The notes under the pieces were generated by a model. That model saw nothing but the letters and a program-made list of their open reading frames with translations, made no database searches and was not told the DNA's origin. Below are positions 16,694 through 29,876 of a DNA stretch of 64,000 nucleotides, one piece after another. The DNA lies in IMG/VR virus record IMGVR_UViG_3300030329_003696, positions 102,834 to 166,833 of that record; one strand, written 5' to 3'. Within the stretch, counting starts at the first letter, position 1; each line of letters opens with the position of its first letter. The stretch is from a virus. The position numbers and the translations under genes are program-made.

Positions 16694-17689
16694 ATGAAAA
16701 CAGCTATTATTTTTGGCGTTACCGGACAGGACGGAAGCCACCTTGCAGATTTACTACTAGAAAAAAACTACAAGGTCGTAGGAGTGTCTAGGCGTTCCAG
16801 TACAGACAACACAGATAGAATTAGACATATCCTCAATAATGAAAACTTTATTTTGGTTCAAGGAGACATAACGGACGCATTTAGCGTTTCAAGAATACTT
16901 AAAGAATACGTTCATGTAGATGAAATCTACAACCTAGCAGCTCAGTCTCACGTCGCCGTGTCATTTAAGCAACCAGCACTGACTTGGGATATAACGGGAA
17001 AGGGTTGTCTCAATATTCTACAAAGCATGATTGATCTCGATATGTTACAGACTAGATTTTACCAAGCTAGTAGCAGTGAGATGTATGGTAAAAACTACGA
17101 CGAATTATCATCGGGAAGCAAATATCAAGATGAAGAAACAAAATTTTTACCTCAGTCGCCATATGCGATTGCAAAATGTGCCGCTCACTACATGACAAGA
17201 CTAGTAAGAGAAGGTCACGGAATACATGCGAGTGCCGGAATTTTATTTAATCACGAAGGTCCGAGAAGGGGTGAGACTTTTGTAACTAGAAAGATTACAA
17301 AATGGATCGGAGACTTTATTAAAAGTGGACGCGATCCAGAATTTCCAAAGCTGCGTCTAGGCAACTTGGAAGCATTTCGAGATTGGGGGTATGCGGGAGA
17401 TTACGTGGAAGCCATGTGGATGATGCTCCAGCAGGAAAGTCCAGATGATTATGTCATCTGCACTGGTAAAACTCATACGATTCGCGAGTTCCTAGACGTA
17501 GCGTTTTTACATGTGGGTATTGATGACTGGTCTGAATATGTAGTACAAGACCCAGAGTTTTACAGACCAGCAGAGGTAGACTATCTCAGGGGATGCAACG
17601 ACAAGGCTATGGAAAAATTAGGCTGGAAGCCAAATCATTCTTTTGAAGATCTTGTTAAAATGATGGTTAAGCACGATGTAGAGAATTAA
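16694..17689 (+). CDS. gmd: GDP-mannose 4,6-dehydratase
   Basis: GVTGQDGSHL, YNLAAQSHV, FYQASSSE, SPYAIAK, GILFNHE, FVTRKIT and RDWG motifs. Confidence 0.95.
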   Translation: MKTAIIFGVTGQDGSHLADLLLEKNYKVVGVSRRSSTDNTDRIRHILNNENFILVQGDITDAFSVSRILKEYVHVDEIYNLAAQSHVAVSFKQPALTWDITGKGCLNILQSMIDLDMLQTRFYQASSSEMYGKNYDELSSGSKYQDEETKFLPQSPYAIAKCAAHYMTRLVREGHGIHASAGILFNHEGPRRGETFVTRKITKWIGDFIKSGRDPEFPKLRLGNLEAFRDWGYAGDYVEAMWMMLQQESPDDYVICTGKTHTIREFLDVAFLHVGIDDWSEYVVQDPEFYRPAEVDYLRGCNDKAMEKLGWKPNHSFEDLVKMMVKHDVEN

Positions 17690-17943
17690 TGATAATTTAT
17701 AACGTGACATTAGATCTAACATTAGTAATTGCTAGACTGAAAGAATTTAGACTTGGAGAATTTAATTCCCTTTGCCCCACTGTTTTTACGGAGGCAGGAA
17801 ATCCAGATGACGCCTGTTACTTCACTATGTGCAGATTTTCAGATATAATATTAAAACAAAAGGAAACAGCGACTACCGCTCTTTTATTAAAAGACGTGTT
17901 ACATGATATACGCATAACAAAAGTGAGACCTAAAGATGCCTAG
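17689..17943 (+). CDS. Hypothetical protein
   Basis: Coupled operon gene. Confidence 0.6.
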   Translation: MIIYNVTLDLTLVIARLKEFRLGEFNSLCPTVFTEAGNPDDACYFTMCRFSDIILKQKETATTALLLKDVLHDIRITKVRPKDA

Positions 17944-18202
17944 AAACTATAACGACCCAGTCTACGCAGAGTGGAGAAAGAGAGTTCTGGCTAGAGATAA
18001 ATATAAATGCCAGATGCCAAACTGTAAAAGGAAAAAGAGCTTACAAGTACACCACATCCAAAAATGGTCTTCTGCCTCTACACTTAGATTTGAAGTAGAC
18101 AATGGGATTACCCTTTGTTACGGTTGCCATAAAGAGGTTACTAACAACGAAACTTTTTATGAGTCCTTATTTCATCAAATAGTGAGAGAGAAAAATGTCT
18201 AA
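17936..18202 (+). CDS. HNH endonuclease
   Basis: RDKYKCQ..C...VHHI...NGITLCYGCH. Confidence 0.9.
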   Translation: MPRNYNDPVYAEWRKRVLARDKYKCQMPNCKRKKSLQVHHIQKWSSASTLRFEVDNGITLCYGCHKEVTNNETFYESLFHQIVREKNV

Positions 18203-18701
18203 AGCACCAGCATATACAGTCATCAAAGACAGTAGAGAACAAGATGGGTATACGTTTGAAAAATTTAATAGTAGGTACCACGCTTGTGCTGGTATGGTTG
18301 TTAGAAAATTAGATACAGGAGATTATTCTCTAGAAGGCCTAGAAGATAAAGTCTGTATAGAAAGAAAAGGTAGAATATCAGAACTCGCAATTAATCTAGG
18401 TAAGGACAAACACCGGTTTATGCGTGAGATAGAAAGGATGAAAGAGTTTCCTTTCAAATTTTTAGTTTTAGAATTTTCTCTAGAGGATGTAATGGACTTT
18501 CCAGAAAGGTCAGACATACCGGAAGAAAACTGGAACTCTCTTAAGATAACTAATAAATACATACTAAAAATGCTGATAGAATTTCAAATGTACGACGATA
18601 TACACGTTATATTTTGCGGAAGTAAGAAAAACGCAAAACTTGTAGTTAGCAGTATATTAAAACGTGTAAACGAATACTACTCTATCGGGAGAAAAAAGTG
18701 A
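18195..18701 (+). CDS. ERCC4-domain nuclease
   Basis: DSREQ, GDYSL, IERK and RF.REIERM motifs. Confidence 0.85.
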   Translation: MSKAPAYTVIKDSREQDGYTFEKFNSRYHACAGMVVRKLDTGDYSLEGLEDKVCIERKGRISELAINLGKDKHRFMREIERMKEFPFKFLVLEFSLEDVMDFPERSDIPEENWNSLKITNKYILKMLIEFQMYDDIHVIFCGSKKNAKLVVSSILKRVNEYYSIGRKK

Positions 18702-19351
18702 CAGTAAACGTAGATATGATTTCAGATATAAATTCTTACGGCATAGATATAAAAAATAGAGAACTGTTTCTTCACAGCTATATAGCTAATAACGATGAAG
18801 ATCCTGGAGTAGACCATAAAATGGCTGCTTCATTCTACAAAAACATAAGAATGTTAGATAATCTATCCAAAGACCCCATAATAATTCACATGCACAGCGT
18901 AGGTGGAAACTGGAATGATGGAATGACTATCTATGATTCCATATTATTATGTGATTCATACGTCACGATAATCGCTTACGGCCAAGCCGAGTCAATGAGT
19001 AGTATCATACTGCAAGCTGCCGATAAGAGAGTTATGACACCAAACTCGTATTTTATGTGTCACTTTGGTTCTAGCGGGTATTCTGGGAATTACTTGGATG
19101 TTCAGAAGGGTGCAGCTTTTGAGAAAAGACAAACCGAAAAGATGTTAGATATATATTCAGAAGTTTGCTCTGAAGGGAAATACTTCAAGGATCAGTATAC
19201 AGATATAACGGAAGATAAAGTTAAAAATTATCTAAAAAGAAAGTTGAAAGATGGCGACTGGTACTTAGATCCTAATGAAGCAGTCTTCTACGGATTTGCA
19301 GACTGTGTATTAAAAACAAGAAAATGTCAAACAATCAATAGTTTAAAATAG
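18698..19351 (+). CDS. ClpP-like serine protease
   Basis: HSVGG, AESMSS (Ser), FMCH (His), DWYLDPNEAVFYGFAD. Confidence 0.85.
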   Translation: MTVNVDMISDINSYGIDIKNRELFLHSYIANNDEDPGVDHKMAASFYKNIRMLDNLSKDPIIIHMHSVGGNWNDGMTIYDSILLCDSYVTIIAYGQAESMSSIILQAADKRVMTPNSYFMCHFGSSGYSGNYLDVQKGAAFEKRQTEKMLDIYSEVCSEGKYFKDQYTDITEDKVKNYLKRKLKDGDWYLDPNEAVFYGFADCVLKTRKCQTINSLK

Positions 19352-19352
19352 T

Positions 19353-21329
19353 ATGACTGATTTGAAAAATATCGATGAAGCTTGGTTGAACCTAGATATA
19401 AAAGAAAAAAATCTTTTTAATCCGTTCAAGCTTGTTAATTTTAACGACGACGACTTTCACCTTAAGATGCTTTGGCTCATGACTAGGCCAGAGTATTTTT
19501 CCTTTTTATGTAAACATGTTTTTAATATAAACATTCTACCATCTCAAGCACTTTTCTTATGCGAGATGTGGAACAGAAGATTCCCCATGCTCATCGCTAG
19601 TCGTGGTTTTGGTAAATCATTTATATTATCACTGTACGCCATGATCAGAGCCTTGCTTTTGCCCGAAAGAAAAGTCGTTGTAGTTGGTGCTGCATTCCGA
19701 CAGTCGAAGGTGCTTTTTGAATATATGGAAACAATTTGGAACAATTCTCCAATTCTGAGAAGTATGTGTGACTCTAACAGTGGTCCCAGAAGAGATGTTG
19801 ATCGTTGTGTTATGAGGATAAATAACTCTAGAGTAACATGTTTACCTTTAGGTGATGGACAAAAAATTAGAGGTCAAAGAGCCAATGATATTATTAGTGA
19901 CGAGTTTGCTTCGATCCCCAGAGATATCTTTGAAACTGTTGTTGCTGGCTTTGCTGCTGTTAGTTCTGATCCCATAGAGAACGTAAAGAAGATAGCAGCA
20001 AGAAAAAAAGCCCAAGAGTTGGGGGTTGAGCTAGAGGAAGAGAGTGACTCTGTACTAGAAAAGAAAGACAACCAAATTATATTAAGCGGTACAGCCTATT
20101 ATGATTTTAACCATTTTGCAGTATACTGGAAGAAGTGGAAATCAATAATTAAAAGTCAGGGAAGATTAAACAGGTTGAGAGAAATATTTGGAGAAGACCC
20201 ACCTAAAGATTTTGACTGGAGGGACTACTCCATAATCAGAGTTCCTTACGAGCTTTTACCAGAAGGCTTCATGGATGCCTCACAGGTTGCTAGATCAAAG
20301 GCGACGGTTCATGCTGGAATATATCAAATGGAGTTCGGAGCGTGCTTTACACGTGATTCTCAGGGCTTCTTTAAGCGTACTCTAATAGAAAGTTGTGTTA
20401 CGAATGATACAGACTCCGTAAAAGACTCAAAAGGTGAACAAATATGTTTTCAGGCACAGCTAAGGGGGGACATAAATAAAAAGTATATATTTGGTGTTGA
20501 CCCCGCATCAGAAGTTGATAATTTTAGCATAGTAGTTTTAGAGGTTAATGGCGACCACAGAAGAATTGTTCACTGCTGGACTACAAACAGGTCGGAACAC
20601 AAAGAAAAGGTGAAGAGCGGTTTTTCCTCAGAGAGCGATTTCTACGCCTACTGTGCTAGAAAAATCAGAGATCTAATGAAGATATTCCCATGTATACACA
20701 TCGCTATGGATGCTGGTGGTGGAGGAATTGCTGTCATGGAATCCCTACACGATCAAGACAAGATCCAAGATGGAGAGTTACCCATCTGGCCAGTTATAGA
20801 TGATGATAAGCCAAAAGATACAGATGACCACAGAGGGCTACACATACTTGAGATGTGTCAATTTTCCAAGTATGACTGGTTAGCTGAAGCAAATCATGGA
20901 ATGAGAAAAGATTTTGAGGACAAGGTTCTTTTATTCCCAATGTTTGACTCCGTAAGCTTAGGAATAGCAAATGTCGAGGATGGACTAAAAGGTAGAAACT
21001 ATGATACGTTAGAGCAGTGTGTTATGGAAATTGAGGATCTTAAAGACGAATTGACTATGATTCAAATCACTCAGACGGCCACAGGTAGAGATAAGTGGGA
21101 CACACCAGAAACAGTTATAGGAACCGGTAAAAAGGGTAAGCTAAGAAAAGACCGTTACTCTTCTTTACTTATGGCTAATATGGCCGCTAGAACCTTATCA
21201 AGAATGCCGGAGGCAACAATCTACAATTTCTACGGTGGTTTCGCAACGCTAGAAAAATCTAAAGACAAAACCGGAGAAGACTACTCTGGCCCAAACTGGT
21301 TCACAGATGGTATGAATGGCATTTATTAA
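19353..21329 (+). CDS. Terminase large subunit
   Basis: Walker A ASRGFGKS, IISDEF Walker B, GVDPA nuclease start, KDRYS. Confidence 0.9.
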   Translation: MTDLKNIDEAWLNLDIKEKNLFNPFKLVNFNDDDFHLKMLWLMTRPEYFSFLCKHVFNINILPSQALFLCEMWNRRFPMLIASRGFGKSFILSLYAMIRALLLPERKVVVVGAAFRQSKVLFEYMETIWNNSPILRSMCDSNSGPRRDVDRCVMRINNSRVTCLPLGDGQKIRGQRANDIISDEFASIPRDIFETVVAGFAAVSSDPIENVKKIAARKKAQELGVELEEESDSVLEKKDNQIILSGTAYYDFNHFAVYWKKWKSIIKSQGRLNRLREIFGEDPPKDFDWRDYSIIRVPYELLPEGFMDASQVARSKATVHAGIYQMEFGACFTRDSQGFFKRTLIESCVTNDTDSVKDSKGEQICFQAQLRGDINKKYIFGVDPASEVDNFSIVVLEVNGDHRRIVHCWTTNRSEHKEKVKSGFSSESDFYAYCARKIRDLMKIFPCIHIAMDAGGGGIAVMESLHDQDKIQDGELPIWPVIDDDKPKDTDDHRGLHILEMCQFSKYDWLAEANHGMRKDFEDKVLLFPMFDSVSLGIANVEDGLKGRNYDTLEQCVMEIEDLKDELTMIQITQTATGRDKWDTPETVIGTGKKGKLRKDRYSSLLMANMAARTLSRMPEATIYNFYGGFATLEKSKDKTGEDYSGPNWFTDGMNGIY

Positions 21330-21391
21330 TCTTTTTTGTGTATAATCTATTAACAATCCAATTACAATCCAACTGTTGATAGGAACACTAA

Positions 21392-23404
21392 ATGTCAGAC
21401 GATTCTTTTATAACATGGAACGAAAACGATAGTAGCGATAAAGCTAAAGCTTTTGAGCAATTCTCTGACTCAATAGAGTCGTACGACGGCATATCGCGTG
21501 CTTACCATAGAGACTTTTTAGATATAGAACCAAACAGGTCTGTCCGACCCGGTTTTACTTCTCAAGACTACTATGCCTTTAGAACTGAAGAGCAGGTTCC
21601 CAAGCGTCAAAAACGCATTATTAAAATGTGCATGGACGCCTACGATAAGGTTGGTATTGTAAGAAACATTATTGATCTCATGGGCGACTTTGGTAGCCAA
21701 GGTATTAATATAGTACACGAAAACAAAAGCGTAGAAAAATTCTTTCAGCAGTGGTTTAGAAAAATAGATGGTAAAGAGCGATCAGAGAGATTCCTTAACA
21801 ATCTTTATAGAACTGGGCAGGTTTTTCTCTACAAGAGCTATGCCAACATCACGCCCGAGATTAACAAATATATTAAATCTCTGGGTAGTGATATAACTCT
21901 AGAGCTTCCAAACATAGAAAAATCAGTTGTGCCTTGGAGATACAACTTCTTTAACCCACTAACCGTCGATATGAAAAACGGCGAAGTTAACTTATTCTTA
22001 GGTAGGAAAAATTTTCAATTAACCGCCAACAGCTTCTTCGACAATTTTAAAGATGGTGCGATCCCCGCAAAGGTTCTAGAAACACTACCAACAAACGTAA
22101 AAGACGCCATCAAACGAGGCGACAGAAAAATAACCCTAGATCCAGAACGCTTATCCGTATTTTACTACAAGAAAGACGACTGGCAACAATGGGCACACCC
22201 GCTAGTATACGCAATTCTTGATGACATTATAATGTTAGAGAAAATGCGTTTAGCGGACTTATCCGCATTAGATGGTGCAATATCTAATATCAGACTTTGG
22301 ACTTTAGGTAGCTTAGACCATAAAATATTACCAAATAAAAACGCAATCAATAAACTTAGAAACATATTAGCTAGTAATGTTGGTGGCGGAACTATGGAGT
22401 TGGTTTGGGGTCCAGAGCTTACATACACAGAATCTAATAGTCAGGTTTATAAGTTCCTAGGCTCTGAAAAGTATCAATCTGTATTAAACAGTATCTATGC
22501 CGGTTTGGGCGTTCCCCCAACCCTTACGGGTATGGCTGGAAACGGCGGAGGGTTTACAAATAATTTTATATCCCTTAAAACTATGGTTGAGAGACTTCAA
22601 TACGGAAGAGATCAGCTAACAAAGTTCTGGCAAAAGGAAGTAGAATTTATCAGAAAAGCTATGGGCTTTAGAAAACCAGCACATGTTGTTTTTGATCAGA
22701 TGAGCTTGTCAGACGAAGCAGCCGAGAAGAACCTGCTTATTCAGTTGGCTGACAGGGATATCATTAGCCATGAGACCATCCTAGAAAGATTTAAAGAAAT
22801 ACCATCTGTTGAAAAGATGCGTTTGCAAAGAGAATCTAAGGATAGGAATAAGGAAAAGCTTCCCGACAAAGCAAGCCCATTCCATAATGCTAACCATAAG
22901 AAGGATCTCGAAAAGATGGACAAACAGGCTAAAGTAGATGAGGACAAAGAAAACAGAAAACCGCAAAAAGAGGGAGTGGTACCTAAAATTCAAGAAAACG
23001 GCAGACCTCCCTTTAAAAAAGACGAGGAACCTAGAAAGAAAAGGGTTGAGACTCCAAAGTCAACACCCGGTTTAGCAGATATGATTGTTTGGGCTTCCTC
23101 AACATTCGATTCACTATCCGTGCTTTCAAAGGCCTACTTGGGCACAAAAGAAAAGTCGAACATGAGACAGCTAACGAAAGCTGAAGCCTCTGAATTAGAA
23201 GATCTTAAGATAGATGTGCTCACAAAACTAGAGCCTCTCTCGTCGGTAGATAACGACTCTATCTTTAAGGCACTTAGCCAAAAATCTTACAATAAACAAT
23301 TTAAATCTCACTTAAAAAACAAAAGTATTACTCTTGACTCTATGACTATGGATAGTTACAAAAAGGCGGTTGTCGGTGCTTTTGTAGAGTTTTTCTATCA
23401 CTAA
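21392..23404 (+). CDS. Portal protein
   Basis: Position after terminase, size, GIVRNIIDLM and GLGVPPTL patterns. Confidence 0.75.
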   Translation: MSDDSFITWNENDSSDKAKAFEQFSDSIESYDGISRAYHRDFLDIEPNRSVRPGFTSQDYYAFRTEEQVPKRQKRIIKMCMDAYDKVGIVRNIIDLMGDFGSQGINIVHENKSVEKFFQQWFRKIDGKERSERFLNNLYRTGQVFLYKSYANITPEINKYIKSLGSDITLELPNIEKSVVPWRYNFFNPLTVDMKNGEVNLFLGRKNFQLTANSFFDNFKDGAIPAKVLETLPTNVKDAIKRGDRKITLDPERLSVFYYKKDDWQQWAHPLVYAILDDIIMLEKMRLADLSALDGAISNIRLWTLGSLDHKILPNKNAINKLRNILASNVGGGTMELVWGPELTYTESNSQVYKFLGSEKYQSVLNSIYAGLGVPPTLTGMAGNGGGFTNNFISLKTMVERLQYGRDQLTKFWQKEVEFIRKAMGFRKPAHVVFDQMSLSDEAAEKNLLIQLADRDIISHETILERFKEIPSVEKMRLQRESKDRNKEKLPDKASPFHNANHKKDLEKMDKQAKVDEDKENRKPQKEGVVPKIQENGRPPFKKDEEPRKKRVETPKSTPGLADMIVWASSTFDSLSVLSKAYLGTKEKSNMRQLTKAEASELEDLKIDVLTKLEPLSSVDNDSIFKALSQKSYNKQFKSHLKNKSITLDSMTMDSYKKAVVGAFVEFFYH

Positions 23405-23461
23405 TTCAGGGTTTTTTGCAAAAAATAATAATTTTTGTGTATAATTCTGTGAGGTTCAAAT

Positions 23462-24946
23462 ATGACTATAAAAATTTATAAAAAAGAAATAGAAGACGGT
23501 ATTGGTGAGCTTGTAAAAAGTACCGCCAGCGTTGCGTATTGTTCTGAAGCTACAGTTAACACGTATGCTCCAGACTCTCTCCCTAAACCTAATTCTAAAA
23601 TCATAGATAAGGTAATAGCAGAGAATAAAGATCAGATAGATCTTCATTACATTGAGTCTGTATTAGTTTCATGTGGCTGGAATAAGAACGATGACGTTTT
23701 TCTCACCAGAGCTACTTGGGAGGCTAGAAATACTCCTGAAGATAAGCAGTTTAATTTTATGCACGATGAAAATGATATCATTGGACATATTACTGGAAGT
23801 TATGTTTTAACTAAGGATGGAAAAGCTGTTGCAGATAACGAAGAAATGCCTGAAGATTTTGATATCATAACACAGGCGGTCCTATACAACAGCTGGACAA
23901 ACGAAGAAAACAAAGACAGGATGCAGAAAATCATTTCCGAAATTCAGGAAGGCAAATGGTTTGTTTCTATGGAATGTCTTTTTTCTGGATTCGATTATGC
24001 CTTACAGGGGCCAGACGGTGATTCAAAATTATTAGCCAGAAGTGAAGAATCTGCTTTTTTGACAAAACACCTAAGAGTTTATGGAGGCACAGGTGAGTAT
24101 GAAGGATATAAAATCGGGCGGGCATTATCTAATATAGCCTTTTCTGGCAAAGGACTGGTTGCAAAACCGGCCAACCCAAGAAGCGTTATATTGAATAGTA
24201 AGAGTACCGCACAATTTAATGTACAAGAGATGAATTCTAACCTTTCTATAGGAGATTTTAACATGTCCGATGTTTTGACAAATCAGGTTGCTGAACTTAA
24301 AACGCAACTTGAAGCTGCAAAGGCTGAAAACGAAGCTATTAAAGCAAAGATTGAAGAAGCAAAAGATAAAGAGCTTGCTTCGACGGTTGAGGCTTTTCAA
24401 ACACAAGCTGAAGAAAGTCAAGCAACTATTGATGAGCTTAACGAGACTATCAAGTCTACTCAAGCTCGTGTTGCCGAACTCGAAGATCAGCTTAACACTT
24501 CCACAACCGAATTGGCTGAGGCCATGAAGGAAGTGGCTTTAATGAAGAAAAAAGAAGCTATGATGAAACGCAAAGCTTCCTTGGAAGAAGCTGGCTTTGA
24601 AGCAGAAGAGATCGAAGAATCTCTTGCTACTTTTGAGTCTTTGGAAGACGAAGCTTTTGAAGCCGTCGTTGCTCTCATGAAAAAGAAAGCAAAGAAGGAC
24701 GCAAAAGACGAAGACGCTGAAGCCGGTATGCCTCCAGAAATGAAGGAAGCTATCGAGAAGAAGAAAAAGGAAAAAGAAGCTAAAGCTGAAGAAGAAGCTG
24801 AAGCGGAAGAAGTGACAGAAGAAGTTTTTGAAGATCTCGAATCGTCAGAAGCTACTTTGGTGGAGTCCGAAGAAGTGGACGAAATCGAACAGACGAGAGC
24901 CAGTATTGCTGACTGGTTTGAAACTAACGTCCTCAATACCAAATAA
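23462..24946 (+). CDS. Prohead protease fused to acidic coiled-coil scaffold
   Basis: NKNDDVF, FMH, VSMEC, GLVAKPANP, then an E/K/A-rich coiled coil. Confidence 0.75.
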   Translation: MTIKIYKKEIEDGIGELVKSTASVAYCSEATVNTYAPDSLPKPNSKIIDKVIAENKDQIDLHYIESVLVSCGWNKNDDVFLTRATWEARNTPEDKQFNFMHDENDIIGHITGSYVLTKDGKAVADNEEMPEDFDIITQAVLYNSWTNEENKDRMQKIISEIQEGKWFVSMECLFSGFDYALQGPDGDSKLLARSEESAFLTKHLRVYGGTGEYEGYKIGRALSNIAFSGKGLVAKPANPRSVILNSKSTAQFNVQEMNSNLSIGDFNMSDVLTNQVAELKTQLEAAKAENEAIKAKIEEAKDKELASTVEAFQTQAEESQATIDELNETIKSTQARVAELEDQLNTSTTELAEAMKEVALMKKKEAMMKRKASLEEAGFEAEEIEESLATFESLEDEAFEAVVALMKKKAKKDAKDEDAEAGMPPEMKEAIEKKKKEKEAKAEEEAEAEEVTEEVFEDLESSEATLVESEEVDEIEQTRASIADWFETNVLNTK

Positions 24947-24971
24947 CTTTTATACTAAAAGGAGATTTACA

Positions 24972-25472
24972 ATGGCTCTTAAAGCAGATAGATATGAAGA
25001 ATCAACAGATATCAGTCACTTTTCGTCATCAACTGGCGTTAGAGGACAGGTAGTCTGTTTGGATGCAGCAGCTCTTGCTGGAGCATCTGGTGCAGCTTTG
25101 GATCAAGGTGAAAACACTGTTTCACCAATCTCAGCTGTAGGCGGGACTACTCCTAGTGTTCCCGTTGGTATCATTCTTAACGACGTTGTTAATAAAGACC
25201 TTACCCGAACCCACCTTAACCAATATAAGGATGAAGTTCAAAAGGGTGGCAAGGTAACAATCTTGACTCGTGGTTGGGTTGTTACAGACCAAGTCACTGA
25301 TGACCCTAAAGCTGGCGATACGGCTTATGCGGGTGCGAATGGTAAGATCAGCCCAGCAGCTGGTTTGGATGTAGCATCTGGAGAACTTGCTATCGGACGA
25401 TTCATGTCCCGCACAGACTCTGATGGTTACGCAAAAGTTTATGTTAACCTTCCACAGGCTTGGGGTGCTTAA
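24972..25472 (+). CDS. Head decoration/minor capsid protein
   Basis: AAGGAG RBS; between scaffold and MCP. Confidence 0.6.
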   Translation: MALKADRYEESTDISHFSSSTGVRGQVVCLDAAALAGASGAALDQGENTVSPISAVGGTTPSVPVGIILNDVVNKDLTRTHLNQYKDEVQKGGKVTILTRGWVVTDQVTDDPKAGDTAYAGANGKISPAAGLDVASGELAIGRFMSRTDSDGYAKVYVNLPQAWGA

Positions 25473-25501
25473 GCCTCTATAATTTAAAGGAGAATTTAAC
25501 A

Positions 25502-26509
25502 ATGTCATATACAGAAAGACCAAGTGAAGAATTTATTTCACTTTTAAAGCAGACTGGTAATAACGACCAGAATGTGGCTTATGCTGCTCAACGCGAATTT
25601 GCTAAGGCACTTGAGTTACCTTTGCGAAAAGGCGTTCTGGTTGGAAATATCCTTGGTGATATTTTTGAAACTATTAATGTCGAACCCGGTGCTTCCACGG
25701 AGTATCCTCTCGACTTAATCTCTCCTGGGCTTGAGGGCGAACATGTTGCCTATACCAACCCAGGACACGGTCGTATTCCTGAACGAGCAGTGGAAAGCGA
25801 CTACGTCATGATTCCAACCTATAGCATCACAAGCTCAGTTGATTATCTTCTGCGTTTTGCTCGTGAAGCTCGTTGGGATGTTGCTGCTCGTGCAATGCAG
25901 GTGATGGAAGCTGGATTCGTCAAGAAAATGAACGATGATGGCTGGCACACCATTCTGGCCGCAGGCGTTGACCGTAACATTTTGGTTTACGATGGTGACG
26001 CCACTGCTGGTTTATTCAGCAAGAGACTCGTTTCTCTGATGCAGACTACCATGCGTCGTAACGCTGGTGGTAATACGGGTTCTGCAAATCGCGGTCGTCT
26101 GACCGACCTCTACGTTTCTCCAGAAGCTCTGGAAGATGTACGTAACTGGGGTCTTGATCAGGTTGACGAAGTGACTCGTCGTGAGATCTACACTGCCGCT
26201 GAAGGTGGTGCCCCAATCACACGCATTTTTGGTGTGAACCTTCACGATCTCGACGAACTTGGAGAAGGTCAAGAGTACCAAACGTTCTTTACGAGCGGTT
26301 TGAGTGGTGCTGTTGAAGCTAACGACGTAGAGTTGGTAGTTGGACTTGACCAGTCATCCAATGATAGCTTTGTTATGCCAATGAAGCAGCAGTTGGAAGT
26401 ATTTGAAGATCCTACCCTCCATAGACAGCAACGTGCTGGTTACTATGGTTTCGCTGAACTTGGATTCGGCGTACTGGATAACCGTAGAGTTATCTTGGGA
26501 TCATTCTAA
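25502..26509 (+). CDS. Major capsid protein
   Basis: Position, 335 aa, strong RBS, followed by terminator. Confidence 0.8.
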   Translation: MSYTERPSEEFISLLKQTGNNDQNVAYAAQREFAKALELPLRKGVLVGNILGDIFETINVEPGASTEYPLDLISPGLEGEHVAYTNPGHGRIPERAVESDYVMIPTYSITSSVDYLLRFAREARWDVAARAMQVMEAGFVKKMNDDGWHTILAAGVDRNILVYDGDATAGLFSKRLVSLMQTTMRRNAGGNTGSANRGRLTDLYVSPEALEDVRNWGLDQVDEVTRREIYTAAEGGAPITRIFGVNLHDLDELGEGQEYQTFFTSGLSGAVEANDVELVVGLDQSSNDSFVMPMKQQLEVFEDPTLHRQQRAGYYGFAELGFGVLDNRRVILGSF

Positions 26510-26530
26510 TTCCCGTTGCTTTCTTATCAA

Positions 26531-26572
26531 GAAAAGAGTCACTCTCATATTGTTGGGGGTGGCTCTTTTTTT
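26531..26572 (+). terminator. Intrinsic terminator after MCP
   Basis: AAAAGAGTCACTCTC...GGGGGTGGCTCTTTTTTT. Confidence 0.8.
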
Positions 26573-26631
26573 GTGTATAATACATTGTAATTCGCGTTTT
26601 ACAGTAGGATTTAACTAAAGGGGAATTCCTT

Positions 26632-27120
26632 ATGACAGCCTTATCAGATTATTTGGAGTCCGGCTTACTCCACCACATTTTTAGGGGTCAAACGTTTAAT
26701 AAACCTAGTGGTATATCCATAGCATTATGTAGCGGTGTTCCTAGAGAATCAGACACCGGGGCTACAATTCCTGAGTTACCAGTTAAAAAAGATGGTAATA
26801 ATACTGGATATGGTAGATATTTCTTAGGTGACCCAAAATCAGACGATTCAGTACCCGGAACGCAGAGCGGAAATTATTTCTGGTCTCATTCAGCAAATGA
26901 CTATGCAGCTGGCAGTGGTGTTATTAAAAATGCAAATCTCATCATGTTTGATAACGCCCTACAGGATTGGGGGTGGGTATCAGGTATTGCTATCTGTGAT
27001 TCAGGGACCGTTGGCTCTGGAAACTTACTAATGTATGCCCAACTTAATAATCCAAGAATAATTTATCAGGGAGATACCGTCAAGTTTGACCAGTCTTCTT
27101 TGCAAATCAGCTTTAAATAG
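26632..27120 (+). CDS. Virion structural protein (tail/fibre-associated)
   Basis: MTALSDYLE, WG.VSG.AI.D and GNLL.YA motifs. Confidence 0.65.
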   Translation: MTALSDYLESGLLHHIFRGQTFNKPSGISIALCSGVPRESDTGATIPELPVKKDGNNTGYGRYFLGDPKSDDSVPGTQSGNYFWSHSANDYAAGSGVIKNANLIMFDNALQDWGWVSGIAICDSGTVGSGNLLMYAQLNNPRIIYQGDTVKFDQSSLQISFK

Positions 27121-27129
27121 GGTTAAACA

Positions 27130-29862
<2,733 letters not shown>

Positions 29863-29876
29863 TCTAGGAACAAAAA

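Noticed and set aside
19353-21329. Intein or intron in terminase
   Set aside because: Continuous ORF with no splice-junction or homing endonuclease motifs seen
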